A DNA stretch of 64,000 nt from an uncultured Actinomycetota bacterium (GTDB lineage Bacteria; Actinomycetota; Actinomycetes; Actinomycetales; Microbacteriaceae), in the NCBI GenBank assembly GCA_963713945.1, contig OY970215.1, positions 273,916-337,915 on the forward strand, written 5' to 3'. The position numbers and the translations under genes are program-made. Position 1 is the first letter of the stretch. Each line of letters begins with the position of its first letter. Positions 29,847 to 38,453 of the stretch are shown in pieces. Under the pieces are notes generated by a model that searched no databases, was not told the origin of the DNA, and saw nothing but the letters and a program-made list of their open reading frames with translations.

Positions 29847-30812
29847 TCAATCGGCGCCTGCCCGCACCTCGACCACCACCTTGCCGAGCGCGTGGCCCTC
29901 GCCCACGTAGGCGAGCGCTTCGGGCACCTGCGCGAGTGGGAACACGCGGTCGATGTGGATGCGAACATCTCCTGCAATGCATCGCTCGGCGAGGGGCGAG
30001 AAATGCGCCGGACCCAGCTTGACGGCGAGAACCCCCAAACGCCGACCCGTGATGGCACCGATCAGCGCGCCAATCGTCACCACTCGCAGCAGGGCGCGCG
30101 TCGTCCCGCCGACGATCAGGTAGGTGCCACCGGGGGCGAGCGCGCGGCGATACGCGAACACCGACCGCCGGGCGACGAGGTCGATGATGACGTCGTACGG
30201 GCCGGTGCGCGTGAAGTCGCCGGTTCGGTAGTCGATGACCTCGGCAGCACCCAGGTCGCGCATGAAGTCGAGCTTGCCGGCGTTGTCCACTCCCGTGACA
30301 TGGATGCCGGCGGCAGCCGCGAGCTGGAGCGCGAACGCCCCAGTTCCTCCGCCGGCGCCGTTGATCAGCATCCGCCCACCTGGTTTCGCACGCGCAACCG
30401 CTTGCGCCGCGATCGCCCCCGACTGCGGCACGCAAGCGGCCTGAGCGAACGACAATTGCGACGGCTTCGCGGCGAGAGCGTGCTCCGGCGCCACCGCGTA
30501 CTCCGCGAAGCCGCCTTTCAGAGCGAGATTGTCGCCGTAAACGTCGTCACCGAGCTGGAACCGCGTGACCCCTGCGCCAACCGCCTGGACCACTCCCGCG
30601 ATGTCCGAACCGAGCGTGCGGCGGGCGGGTCTGAACAGGCCGCCGAATCGGGCGTAGGCGGGCGACCCGTGCAGCGCCTCCCAATCGCTCAGATTGACCG
30701 AGGTCGCGATCACCCGCACGAGCACCTGGCCTCTCCCCGGCGTCGGCGTGGCGATATCGCCGAGCCGCAGCACATCGGGCGACCCGTAGCGGTCATAGAC
30801 GATCGCTCTCAT
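29847..30812 (-). CDS. Zinc-type/quinone oxidoreductase (MDR superfamily, NAD(P)-dependent)
   Basis: 321 aa with an N-terminal GroES-like domain and nucleotide-binding motif INGAGGGTGAFALQLA. Confidence 0.85.
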   Translation of the reverse strand: MRAIVYDRYGSPDVLRLGDIATPTPGRGQVLVRVIATSVNLSDWEALHGSPAYARFGGLFRPARRTLGSDIAGVVQAVGAGVTRFQLGDDVYGDNLALKGGFAEYAVAPEHALAAKPSQLSFAQAACVPQSGAIAAQAVARAKPGGRMLINGAGGGTGAFALQLAAAAGIHVTGVDNAGKLDFMRDLGAAEVIDYRTGDFTRTGPYDVIIDLVARRSVFAYRRALAPGGTYLIVGGTTRALLRVVTIGALIGAITGRRLGVLAVKLGPAHFSPLAERCIAGDVRIHIDRVFPLAQVPEALAYVGEGHALGKVVVEVRAGAD

Positions 30813-31539
30813 GCCCCGACGCTAGTCGCGCCCGCCGTCGCGCACAATCACTCGCCGACAGGCGGATGCGCTGAGGCTCGCGAAGCGCGGGGATCTCGTC
30901 GGCGACCCGACGTTCCAGGCCCTCCAGCAGCAGCTCCAACCCGTAGTCGAACTCGTCCGCGAACGTGTAACCGCCATCGCCAAACAGCTCGGCGCGCGAG
31001 CGCGCGATGTGCGGATACAGCTCCGCCGGCGCCGCGACCTTGACGGCGAATGCTTCCTCGGCGCCGTCCCCCGGTTCGAACGGCAGGCTCGTCTCGGTCA
31101 GCGCGAACCCGTACACGTAGGCGTCGATCGCCGAGAACGCGTGTGTTGCGAGCGCGGCGCTGAATCCCTCGGTCATCAGCACGCCGAGGAGACGGTCGTG
31201 GTGTTGCAGCAGCGCCGGGCCGGGGTTGGGGCGAGATTCCATCATCCCGAGCGCCCACGGATGAGCGGTGAGCACCGACCGTGCTGATCGTGCCCGGCCG
31301 GTCAGCGCCTCCCGCCATGTAGCGCCGACCTGGGGCAGTTCGATCCTCTCGAATACCCAGTCGGCGAGGTCGTCGAGCAGCGCCTCCTTGCTTGGGACGT
31401 GATGGTAGAGCGACATCGCCTCGACGCCGAGCACCTTCGCGACACTGCGCATGCTCACGGCGGCGACACCCGCACTGTCGGCGACTGCGGCAGCGGCGGC
31501 GGCGATCCTCTCTCTGCTCAGTGGTGTGCGTCGCGTCAT
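30793..31539 (-). CDS. TetR family transcriptional regulator
   Basis: ATG 31539. The N-terminal HTH is VSMRSVAKVLGVEAMSLYHHVPSKEALL. The 3' end overlaps the downstream oxidoreductase start by 20 nt. Confidence 0.85.
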   Translation of the reverse strand: MTRRTPLSRERIAAAAAAVADSAGVAAVSMRSVAKVLGVEAMSLYHHVPSKEALLDDLADWVFERIELPQVGATWREALTGRARSARSVLTAHPWALGMMESRPNPGPALLQHHDRLLGVLMTEGFSAALATHAFSAIDAYVYGFALTETSLPFEPGDGAEEAFAVKVAAPAELYPHIARSRAELFGDGGYTFADEFDYGLELLLEGLERRVADEIPALREPQRIRLSASDCARRRARLASGHESDRL

Positions 31540-31556
31540 TTTCCCATCCTTGCGCA

Positions 31557-31603
31557 CTTACGCTCGTAAGGCTACCCTTGTGATCGCCCCTTACACCCGT
31601 AAG
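31557..31603. promoter_or_regulatory. Two CTTAC-N4-GTAAG palindromes; candidate TetR operators
   Basis: CTTACGCTCGTAAG (31557-31570) and CTTACACCCGTAAG (31590-31603) lie in the divergent TetR/membrane-protein intergenic region. They are flanked by GCGCAC...GTGCGC arms. Confidence 0.55.
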
Positions 31604-31659
31604 GTGCGCGCTTGACGAACCCCGAGGATCTACCGATCCTCATCACAACAACGGAGCCC

Positions 31660-32151
31660 ATGATGAGAACACGTCAACACACCGATACGCTCGACAACCC
31701 GCCGGTCTCGGTGCAAGCCAGGCTCGCGGCCGCCTGGACCAGCCTCATGTTCCTCGTCATCTACATTGACTACTTCCACCTCTACCAGCCCGGCGAAATC
31801 GACGCGATCCGGGGTGGCGTCATTTTTGAGTTCGACATCAGCGCAACATTGATGTCCGTTTTCTTCGTGATCATCGCCATCCCGGCACTGATGGTGATGC
31901 TCTCCATGACGTTGGCCGCTCGTGCGAACCGCGTCACGAACCTCGTCGTGGGATCGCTGTACATCCCGGTGATGGTGTTCAACTTTGTGGGGGCGTCTTC
32001 GGACTGGGCCTTCTACTACGCCCTCACCATCGGGGTCGAGGTGCTGATCCTGGCCTTCATTCTGCGCTCCGCCTGGACCTGGCCCCGAACGCACTCCGAC
32101 GCTGCAGATGTCGCGACGACCGACCGACTGCAACAGAAAGCCCACGCATGA
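31660..32151 (+). CDS. Hypothetical membrane protein (possibly DUF6326-like)
   Basis: ATG 31660 lies within track ORF 31612..32151. The protein has four hydrophobic segments and is divergent from the TetR gene. The family name is from memory only. Confidence 0.55.
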   Translation: MMRTRQHTDTLDNPPVSVQARLAAAWTSLMFLVIYIDYFHLYQPGEIDAIRGGVIFEFDISATLMSVFFVIIAIPALMVMLSMTLAARANRVTNLVVGSLYIPVMVFNFVGASSDWAFYYALTIGVEVLILAFILRSAWTWPRTHSDAADVATTDRLQQKAHA

Positions 32152-32390
32152 GCCATCGGCACGAGCTGAGAATGATGAAGGCGCTAACCCAACGCCGCTA
32201 CGGCGGGATTGACACTCTCGAATACGAGACTGCTGCCCGGCCCGAAGCGGTGTTGGACGACAGCTTCACCGAATACACCGTCGCTCAGGCAAAGCGCCTC
32301 GCTCACAAGCCTTCGCGAATGAGCGTGGAGAAGCTGATCTGTCGGTGGGCAGTCAGCGTTCGTAGACGTTGCTGCGATGACCAAGCGTGA
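32148..32390 (+). pseudogene. Remnant of an MDR-type oxidoreductase
   Basis: MKALTQRRYGGIDTLEYETAARPE resembles an MDR N-terminus. It jumps straight to FTEYTVAQAKRLAHKPSRMS, a region about 100 aa further in when compared with the intact paralogue at 29847..30812. It then ends inside the adjacent toxin gene, so it is internally deleted and truncated. Confidence 0.6.
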
Positions 32391-32610
32391 TCACTGCTAC
32401 AACGAGGATGTCGTCGTCAACCGTGTAGACGATGCGGTAGTCCCCTACGCGAACCCTGAGGCCGGGACGCCCTTGGAGGGCCTTGGCTCCTGGCGGTCGT
32501 GGATTCTCACCGAGCAGCGCGATCGCTCCACGAATTCGGTCGCGATCCTGATGGTCGATTCGTTTCAACGCGCGAACTGCGGCAGGGCGCAACTCGACTC
32601 GGTAGGTCAT
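32353..32610 (-). CDS. RelE/ParE-family type II toxin
   Basis: 85 aa with a typical RelE/ParE pattern (RPAAVRALKRIDHQDRDRIRGAI...GDYRIVYTVDDDILVVAVITLGHRSNVY). It overlaps the antitoxin stop by 4 nt. Confidence 0.85.
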   Translation of the reverse strand: MTYRVELRPAAVRALKRIDHQDRDRIRGAIALLGENPRPPGAKALQGRPGLRVRVGDYRIVYTVDDDILVVAVITLGHRSNVYER

Positions 32611-32855
32611 GCCCAGCCCAGGTCGGCTTTCACTTGAGCCCAGGGGATGTTGGGGCCCTCCTCTGCCATCGCCTCATCGAATGCGGCCATATCTTCGGCT
32701 TCTTCCAGAGCTTCAAGCATCTGCTCGTAGCGCTCAGGGCTAACAACCACGGCAGCGCGATGACCGCGGCGCTCGATGAACACCGCTTCGGTCTTCGAGC
32801 GCTCGATGACGTCTGAAAAGTGGTTGCGTGCGTCTGCGACGCTGACAATGGACAT
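32607..32855 (-). CDS. Phd/YefM-family antitoxin
   Basis: ATG 32855 (MSIVSVADARNHFSDVIERSKTEAVFIERRGHRAAVVVSPERYEQMLE...). The track ORF start at 32936 is unlikely. Confidence 0.85.
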   Translation of the reverse strand: MSIVSVADARNHFSDVIERSKTEAVFIERRGHRAAVVVSPERYEQMLEALEEAEDMAAFDEAMAEEGPNIPWAQVKADLGWA

Positions 32856-32863
32856 AGATGAAT

Positions 32864-32891
32864 TGTACATCCAGAACTTTGCAATGTACAT
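32864..32891. promoter_or_regulatory. Two TGTACAT repeats 21 bp apart; candidate Phd/YefM operator
   Basis: TGTACAT occurs at 32864-32870 and 32885-32891, immediately upstream of the antitoxin start. A TGTACA core hexamer is the described operator motif of yefM-yoeB/axe-txe type modules. Confidence 0.6.
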
Positions 32892-33104
32892 GAACGCAAC
32901 AGCGACCAAGCGTGCTCGGCACCTTGTCCGGGCCAACCGCTGGATGGTCCAGTTCGGGGCACACTCACTGAACCGTCTTTAGTTCAACATGGCGTCGGGA
33001 TGAAAGGCGCGCATTCGCTCTTTCCGGAGGCCGCATAAGAGGAACGGTGAGCGCGACAGGAATCTGTGTTTCGAAACCGGTGACCTGGCATCGCGCCTCT
33101 ATCT

Positions 33105-33371
33105 TCAAAGCTTGTTATAGACCTCGCGGCGGTGCGCGACCTCAACGATGAGGATCAAAATCTGGTCATCGTCGATATTCGTGAGGATCCGGTAGTCGCC
33201 CACTCGATAACGCCAGAATTCCTCGTTCACGAGCTTCTTGCCAAGCAAGCGCGGATTATCAAGCTGGGCAAGCTTTTGCTCAAGAAAAATACGGATACGC
33301 TTTGCTGCCGTTGGGTCAAGTTTCCCGACCTGCTTTGCGGCCTTTGGAGTGAATCTGATCGAGTAGCTCAC
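33105..33371 (-). CDS. RelE/ParE-family type II toxin (second module)
   Basis: 88 aa (FTPKAAKQVGKLDPTAAKRIRIFLE...WRYRVGDYRILTNIDDDQILILIVEVAHRREVY). It is visibly AT-richer than its surroundings and overlaps the antitoxin stop by 4 nt. Confidence 0.85.
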   Translation of the reverse strand: MSYSIRFTPKAAKQVGKLDPTAAKRIRIFLEQKLAQLDNPRLLGKKLVNEEFWRYRVGDYRILTNIDDDQILILIVEVAHRREVYNKL

Positions 33372-33586
33372 GCAGGCCAGACCACGTCAGCAAGATCGAT
33401 CGCGTCGTCGTTGGACTGAGTGAATTCCTCCAAAGCATCTTTCGCCAGGAGGTAGTCCTCGTTCTCGTCCAGATACTGTGTCAATGCTTCGGTTGCATAG
33501 AACGTTTTCGACCGCCCAGTGCGGGCAGACAAGTACTGCAGACGTTGCTCAGTTTCTTCGTCTACGCGAAGGTTGATTTGCGGCAT
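33368..33586 (-). CDS. Ribbon-helix-helix antitoxin (RelB/ParD-like)
   Basis: 72 aa with N-terminal RHH (MPQINLRVDEETEQRLQYLSARTGRSKTFYATEALTQYL). Confidence 0.8.
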   Translation of the reverse strand: MPQINLRVDEETEQRLQYLSARTGRSKTFYATEALTQYLDENEDYLLAKDALEEFTQSNDDAIDLADVVWPA

Positions 33587-33602
33587 GGGGCACTCCTCAA
33601 GT

Positions 33603-33620
33603 TGCTATACAAATATAGCA
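33603..33620. promoter_or_regulatory. Palindrome TGCTATA-N4-TATAGCA; candidate antitoxin operator
   Basis: This 7-4-7 perfect inverted repeat lies 17 nt upstream of the RHH antitoxin start codon. Confidence 0.55.
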
Positions 33621-33855
33621 GGATCGAGCGCATGTAACGCTGATTTTCCGCCCAACAGTGCCCGCAAGCCGGACGTTCTGCGGGCACATCCGCGCCACTA
33701 TAAGGCTTGATGCGCTCCGCAACCTATCGCTGCCCGTTTCACCCGCCCGCATTAAATTCCCGGTGAGGTACCTTCTGCGCGGCATCATCGCCTCCCATCC
33801 TCAACTGCTGGGGAAATGCTCACCGCTCGCAGGAGCACCGACTTCGATCCGATCG

Positions 33856-33893
33856 GTCTCAACTTGCCTGGCAGAAGTCTCAACTAGCCTGGC
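33856..33893. repeat. Two 17-bp direct repeats with 21-bp period
   Basis: GTCTCAACTTGCCTGGC (33856-33872) and GTCTCAACTAGCCTGGC (33877-33893) differ by one mismatch. They sit in a gene-free AT-richer stretch. Confidence 0.8.
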
Positions 33894-33942
33894 GAACGAC
33901 AAATGGGCACCGTTTTGGCGCTGTGAGAAAACTTTTTGAAAA

Positions 33943-33982
33943 ATAACGTTTCGATAACTAGACGCCGTTATCTTTCCGTTAT
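33943..33982. repeat. Phased ATAAC/GTTAT motif quartet
   Basis: ATAAC occurs at 33943 and 33954, and GTTAT at 33967 and 33978. The 11-bp phasing within each pair is symmetric about 33962/33963. Confidence 0.8.
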
Positions 33983-34059
33983 ATATTCAGAGAGCGTTAG
34001 TTGTTTTGCTGTGGCAGCTACCGCGGAATGTGATTGCAGGACACTCTTGGTGCAAGGGT

Positions 34060-34091
34060 AAGGCCGGTCGTAAGCCTCTACGACCGGCCTT
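34060..34091. other. Perfect 13-bp stem / 6-nt loop hairpin
   Basis: AAGGCCGGTCGTA-agcctc-TACGACCGGCCTT. There is no clear U-tract on either strand. It may be a terminator or the end of a small RNA. Confidence 0.5.
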
Positions 34092-34148
34092 CAATCGTTA
34101 ACCGGCGAGGTCGACAACCCGCGCGGTTAGCGCCGCTAGCCTGAGACG

Positions 34149-34436
34149 ATGAGCCACGACAATTCGGATGCCGACGCAACGGGCGCGAACCCTCCCCGGC
34201 TGCTCACCACCCCTGTCGTTCTCGGCATCGTCTGCTTCGGAATCGGCCTACTGACTCTGGTCGGCGGCATCCTGCTCGCGCTGAGCTGGCTGCTGACGCT
34301 GAACCCCGCGGCTATCATCTTCGGCATCCTGCTCGCCCTGGTCGGACTCGCCGTCACCGCAACCGGACTCGTGCTGCTGTATCGCGGCGCCGTCAACCCC
34401 AGGCTAGGGACTGGGAATGGCGACCGAAAGCTCTAG
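34149..34436 (+). CDS. Hypothetical small membrane protein
   Basis: 95-aa track ORF with two to three hydrophobic helices, directly upstream of a MarR gene. The RBS is weak. Confidence 0.45.
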   Translation: MSHDNSDADATGANPPRLLTTPVVLGIVCFGIGLLTLVGGILLALSWLLTLNPAAIIFGILLALVGLAVTATGLVLLYRGAVNPRLGTGNGDRKL

Positions 34437-34460
34437 GCTTGGTCGTCAGGAGGCGCGGGC

Positions 34461-34925
34461 ATGACAGATCGTGAGCTGGCGGTAGCGGCATGGGAGTCGC
34501 TGTTCCGCGCACAGGTTGGGGTCATCCGCGCGCTCGCGTCGGAGTTCCCGACGCACACCATGTCGCTCAACGAGTACGACGTGCTGTTCAACCTCTCGCT
34601 CCAGCCTGATCATCGCGCACGGCTGCGCGACATCAATCAGCTGGTGCTGCTGAGCCAGCCCAGCGTGAGCCGCCTCATCGACCGACTCGTTTCGCGCGGT
34701 CTGGTGTCGAAACATCCGGACCCCACAGACAAGCGCGGCACGATCGTCGCCATCACGGATGCCGGCTTCGCCGAGTACCGGGACGTCGCCCGACTGCACA
34801 TGCAAACGATCACCGAGCTCATGGGGTCCGCGCTCAACGACGACGAACTTGCGCAGCTCGCGCACCTCACGGCCAAACTCCGCTGCCCGGAGCCCGAGCT
34901 TTCCGAGACGCCCGCCGCCGAGTAG
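34461..34925 (+). CDS. MarR family transcriptional regulator
   Basis: 154 aa. AGGAGG lies upstream of the ATG. The wHTH is LSQPSVSRLIDRLVSRGLVSKHPDPTDKRG. Confidence 0.85.
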   Translation: MTDRELAVAAWESLFRAQVGVIRALASEFPTHTMSLNEYDVLFNLSLQPDHRARLRDINQLVLLSQPSVSRLIDRLVSRGLVSKHPDPTDKRGTIVAITDAGFAEYRDVARLHMQTITELMGSALNDDELAQLAHLTAKLRCPEPELSETPAAE

Positions 34926-35006
34926 CTCCCGCTTGCCTCACAGGCCCCCCACGGTCATGTCCGATTTCCGCTAGCGAGTCGACATCCGCTGTGTCAGGCT
35001 GAGGCC

Positions 35007-36488
35007 ATGGACTTCACCGAGCGGTACCGCGTCATCCAGGCGAAGGATGCCCGCTTCGACGGACAGTTCATCACCGCGGTGCGCTCAACCGGCATCTACT
35101 GCCGGCCGTCCTGCCCGGCGCGGACGCCCAAGGCGGAGAACGTCACCTTCTACGCCACAAGCGCTGCCGCACACGAAGCCGGTTTCCGCGCGTGCAAACG
35201 GTGCCTCCCCGAGGCCGTCCCCGGAACCCCCGACTGGAACCTGCGCAACGACCTCGCCTCCCGCGCCATGCGCCTGATCGGCGACGGCATCGTCGAGCGT
35301 GAGGGAATCCCCGGGCTCGCCGGTCGACTCGGTTACTCGTCCAGGCACCTCACCCGCGTATTGCACCAGGAGCTGGGCGCCGGGCCGCTCGCTCTCTCCC
35401 GCGCCCACCGGGCACAGACCGCCCGCACCCTTCTGACGGCGACCACCCTGCCCGTCGCCGACATCGCCTTCGCGGCCGGGTTCGCCAGCATCCGCCAGTT
35501 CAACGACACCATCGCCGAGGTCTTCGAGCTGACACCGGGGCAGATCCGGGCGAAGCGCGGAGCCCAGTCATCCACTCCGGGCACGCTGTCGTTGTCGCTG
35601 CCGTTCCGCGCGCCGTTCGACGCCGCCGGCGTGTTCGGCTGGCTGATCCCCCGCGCCGTCACCGGGGTCGAGGTCGCCACGGCGACGACGTACGCCCGCA
35701 CGCTTCTGCTCCCCGGAGGCCCTGCCCGGTTCGAGGTCCGCTTCGACGGACGCGCACTCCGCCTCGACGCACGACTCACCCAACTCGGCGACCTCCCCGT
35801 GCTCGTGTCCCGCGTGCGCCGGTTGTTCGACCTCGACGCCGACCCGATCGCCGTCGACACCGCGCTCAGCGCAGACCCCCTCCTCGCCCCACGCGTCGCG
35901 GCGATCCCCGGCATCCGACTTCCGGGAGCAGTGGATGCCGAGGAGATGCTGTTCCGCGCGATCATCGGCCAGCAGATCACCGTCGCCGCCGCGCGCACGC
36001 AGCTCAACCGACTGACCGAGGCGTGCGGCGCACACCTCGACCCGGCCGCCGACGCCGACGGCCTGACCCGTCTGTTCCCGACCGCCGCGCAGATCGTCGC
36101 ACACGGCCGGGATGCCCTCGTCGGGCCACGGGCCAAAATCGACACGGTGATGCGCATCGCGGATGCCCTCGCCGCCGGCGATCTCACCCTCGGCCTCGGC
36201 GATGACGCCGCAGAACAGCACGCCAGGCTCACCGCCTACGCCGGTATCGGTGACTGGACCGCCGGCTATGTCGGGATGCGCGTGCTCGGCAACCCGGACG
36301 TGTTCCTCTCCGGCGACGTCGCCGTTCGCTCCGGTGCCCGCAAGCTCGGCCTGCCGGGTGAGGCACGCCCCCTCACCGCCTACGCCGCCGGGCTCTCGCC
36401 CTGGCGGTCCTACCTCTGCCTGCACCTCTGGCGCGCCGCCGGGCTGCCGGCCCCGATTCCGAGCCCGATTCCCCAGGAGATCTCATGA
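35007..36488 (+). CDS. alkA: Ada (Zn/AraC-HTH) - AlkA (DNA-3-methyladenine glycosylase II) fusion protein
   Basis: 493 aa. The N-terminal Ada Zn-binding domain shows [12 protein letters not shown]...ACKRCLPE. An AraC-type HTH region follows, and the C-terminus is an AlkA/HhH-GPD domain. The stop overlaps the next ATG (ATGA at 36485-36488). Confidence 0.85.
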   Translation: MDFTERYRVIQAKDARFDGQFITAVRSTGIYCRPSCPARTPKAENVTFYATSAAAHEAGFRACKRCLPEAVPGTPDWNLRNDLASRAMRLIGDGIVEREGIPGLAGRLGYSSRHLTRVLHQELGAGPLALSRAHRAQTARTLLTATTLPVADIAFAAGFASIRQFNDTIAEVFELTPGQIRAKRGAQSSTPGTLSLSLPFRAPFDAAGVFGWLIPRAVTGVEVATATTYARTLLLPGGPARFEVRFDGRALRLDARLTQLGDLPVLVSRVRRLFDLDADPIAVDTALSADPLLAPRVAAIPGIRLPGAVDAEEMLFRAIIGQQITVAAARTQLNRLTEACGAHLDPAADADGLTRLFPTAAQIVAHGRDALVGPRAKIDTVMRIADALAAGDLTLGLGDDAAEQHARLTAYAGIGDWTAGYVGMRVLGNPDVFLSGDVAVRSGARKLGLPGEARPLTAYAAGLSPWRSYLCLHLWRAAGLPAPIPSPIPQEIS

Positions 36489-37008
36489 CATCCATCGACC
36501 CGAACCCCGGCCGTGTTCGAGACGATCGACACCCCCGACGGACCGTTCAGCATCCTCGCGCGCGCCGACGGCGCCGTGCTCTCGTCGGGCTGGACGGCAT
36601 CCGTCGACGCCCTGCTCGCCCGCCTGAGTCCCGGAACTCCGGCCGACGGCCACCGAGCCGGGCCACGTCGCGGCCGCCGACGCCGTCACCGCGTACTACG
36701 CCGGCGACGTGTCAGCCATCGACGATGTGACCGTCGCTCAGCAGGGTGGCGATTTTCGGATGCGCGGATGGGAGCAGCTGCGTCGCATCCGCCCCGGTCA
36801 CCCGCAGAGCTACACGGAGTTCGCCGCCGCAATCGGCAATCCGCGGGCGGTGCGGGCCGCGGCGAGCGCCTGCGCCACGAACGCTCCAGCCCTGTTCGTG
36901 CCGTGCCACCGGGTACTACGCACCGACGGTTCCCTCGGCGGATTCGCCTGGGGCGTCGAGGTGAAGCGCTCACTGCTCGAGCGGGAGGCTGCCGCTGCCG
37001 CCAGCTGA
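36485..37008 (+). pseudogene. ogt: Methylated-DNA-protein-cysteine methyltransferase, frameshifted
   Basis: The C-terminal part (ORF 36709..37008) carries the PCHRV active site. The N-terminal part ([15 protein letters not shown]...) is in another frame (ORF 36513..). The frame switches near 36629-36634 (TCCCGG). A second switch is probable in the C-run at 36505-36508 if the ATGA-coupled ATG 36485 is the true start. Confidence 0.75.
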
Positions 37009-37017
37009 CAGTCCGGG

Positions 37018-38115
37018 TCAGCCCTCCTGGCGGATCCGCTTCGCCTCGAGCACGGCCTTGGCCTCAGCTTCGATCGCCGAGTCGATCTTCGAGGTCCCCC
37101 GCAGCGGCAGCTGCACGGCATACTCGGCCTTGATTCCCGCCCGCAGCTCGCGCATCCGTTCGACCTCGGAGTCCACCTCGGCTCCATACATGAGCGCCAT
37201 GTTGCTGAGATAGAGCCACAGCAGGAAGACGATCACGCCACCGAGGGTGCCGTACACCGCGTCGTAACTCCCGAAGTTCGACACGTAGAAGAAGAAACCG
37301 AGCGTCGCAACTGCCCACACGACGATCGCCGTGGTCGAGCCGATCGTCAGCCAGCGGAACTTGTGCTGCTTCACGTTCGGCGTGGCGTAGTACAGCATGG
37401 CGAGGATCAGCATGGCCAGGAGGGCGAGAACGGGCCACTTGACGATGTTCCAGATCAGCACGGCTTCGGCACCGACGCCGATGACGCTGCCGACCGCTTC
37501 GGCGATGCCGCCGCTCACCACGACGATCAGTGCCATCGCCGTGAGGGTGACCAGGGAGATAACGGTGACGAGCAGGATCACGGGCTGGAACTTGAGGTAG
37601 CTGCGCCCCTCCTCCACACGGTAGATGCGGTTCATGCCCCTCGAGAAGGCACGAACAAAGCCGGAGGCGGAGAAAATGGCACCCACGAGACCGACAACGA
37701 GACCGAACCCGGCAGCCGGGGTCTCCGTGAGAGCAGCGATCGGGCCTTCGAGGGTCTCCGCCGTGCTCGCCGGCGCGATCGACCGGAAGATGCCGAGCAG
37801 CTGCTCCGTGACGTTGTCGCCCTGGTTGATCAGCGAGAGCAGCGACACGATGGCGATGATGGCCGGAAAGAGCGAGAGGACGGCGAAGTAGGTCAGCGCG
37901 GCCGCGATATCCGGAACCTGGTCCGCGCCGAACTGTTGCAGCGCCCTCCGGTACACCGCCAGGAGGTCAGACGCACGCAGGTTCGGCGGTGTCACCTTCG
38001 CGTCGGATGGCGCCCGATCGGTCAGCTCGGCATCCGACGGCGCCGAGGCGATCGCTGTGTCGTCGGCTTCCCGTTCCGACTCGTTGCGGTCGCTGTCTGC
38101 CTTACTCGGAGTCAT
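37018..38115 (-). CDS. YihY/BrkB family membrane protein
   Basis: ATG 38115. Motif [25 protein letters not shown] and a polytopic body are typical of YihY/BrkB. Confidence 0.8.
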   Translation of the reverse strand: MTPSKADSDRNESEREADDTAIASAPSDAELTDRAPSDAKVTPPNLRASDLLAVYRRALQQFGADQVPDIAAALTYFAVLSLFPAIIAIVSLLSLINQGDNVTEQLLGIFRSIAPASTAETLEGPIAALTETPAAGFGLVVGLVGAIFSASGFVRAFSRGMNRIYRVEEGRSYLKFQPVILLVTVISLVTLTAMALIVVVSGGIAEAVGSVIGVGAEAVLIWNIVKWPVLALLAMLILAMLYYATPNVKQHKFRWLTIGSTTAIVVWAVATLGFFFYVSNFGSYDAVYGTLGGVIVFLLWLYLSNMALMYGAEVDSEVERMRELRAGIKAEYAVQLPLRGTSKIDSAIEAEAKAVLEAKRIRQEG

Positions 38116-38344
38116 GATCACCACTCGAAATCGCGACGACTGCTGCGACGATGATGCCGACGAAGGCCGCGGAGACTCCGATGACGGCGACGAGCGACAC
38201 CCGGCGGCGAATCTCCGAGAGCGTCGACGCCAGGTCCTCCCTGATCTCCTCAAGATTGAGCATGCGCACCTGCTCACCCATCGTGTCGTCCCGTTTGCGA
38301 CGATCGGTGGGGAGCGTCATCGCGACGCCATTTTGTTCAGCCAT
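38102..38344 (-). CDS. Hypothetical small protein with C-terminal TM helix
   Basis: ATG 38344 (MAEQNGVAM...). The C-terminus LVAVIGVSAAFVGIIVAAVVAI is hydrophobic. The gene overlaps the yihY-like start by 14 nt. Confidence 0.45.
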   Translation of the reverse strand: MAEQNGVAMTLPTDRRKRDDTMGEQVRMLNLEEIREDLASTLSEIRRRVSLVAVIGVSAAFVGIIVAAVVAISSGDHDSE

Positions 38345-38453
38345 GTTCTTCACCATAATCGTCCGTCGCAAATTCGAGATAGGGCTTGCCTGCCCGAGAC
38401 GGAACTGGCACCGTCACGCAACCCCACGACAGCATCCGTTCACACTCCGTATC

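Noticed and set aside
33658-33939. 93-aa plus-strand ORF in the AT-richer gene-free stretch
   Set aside because: It has no RBS and no recognisable domain, its composition is unlike neighbouring genes, and it overlaps the phased repeats. It is more likely non-coding.
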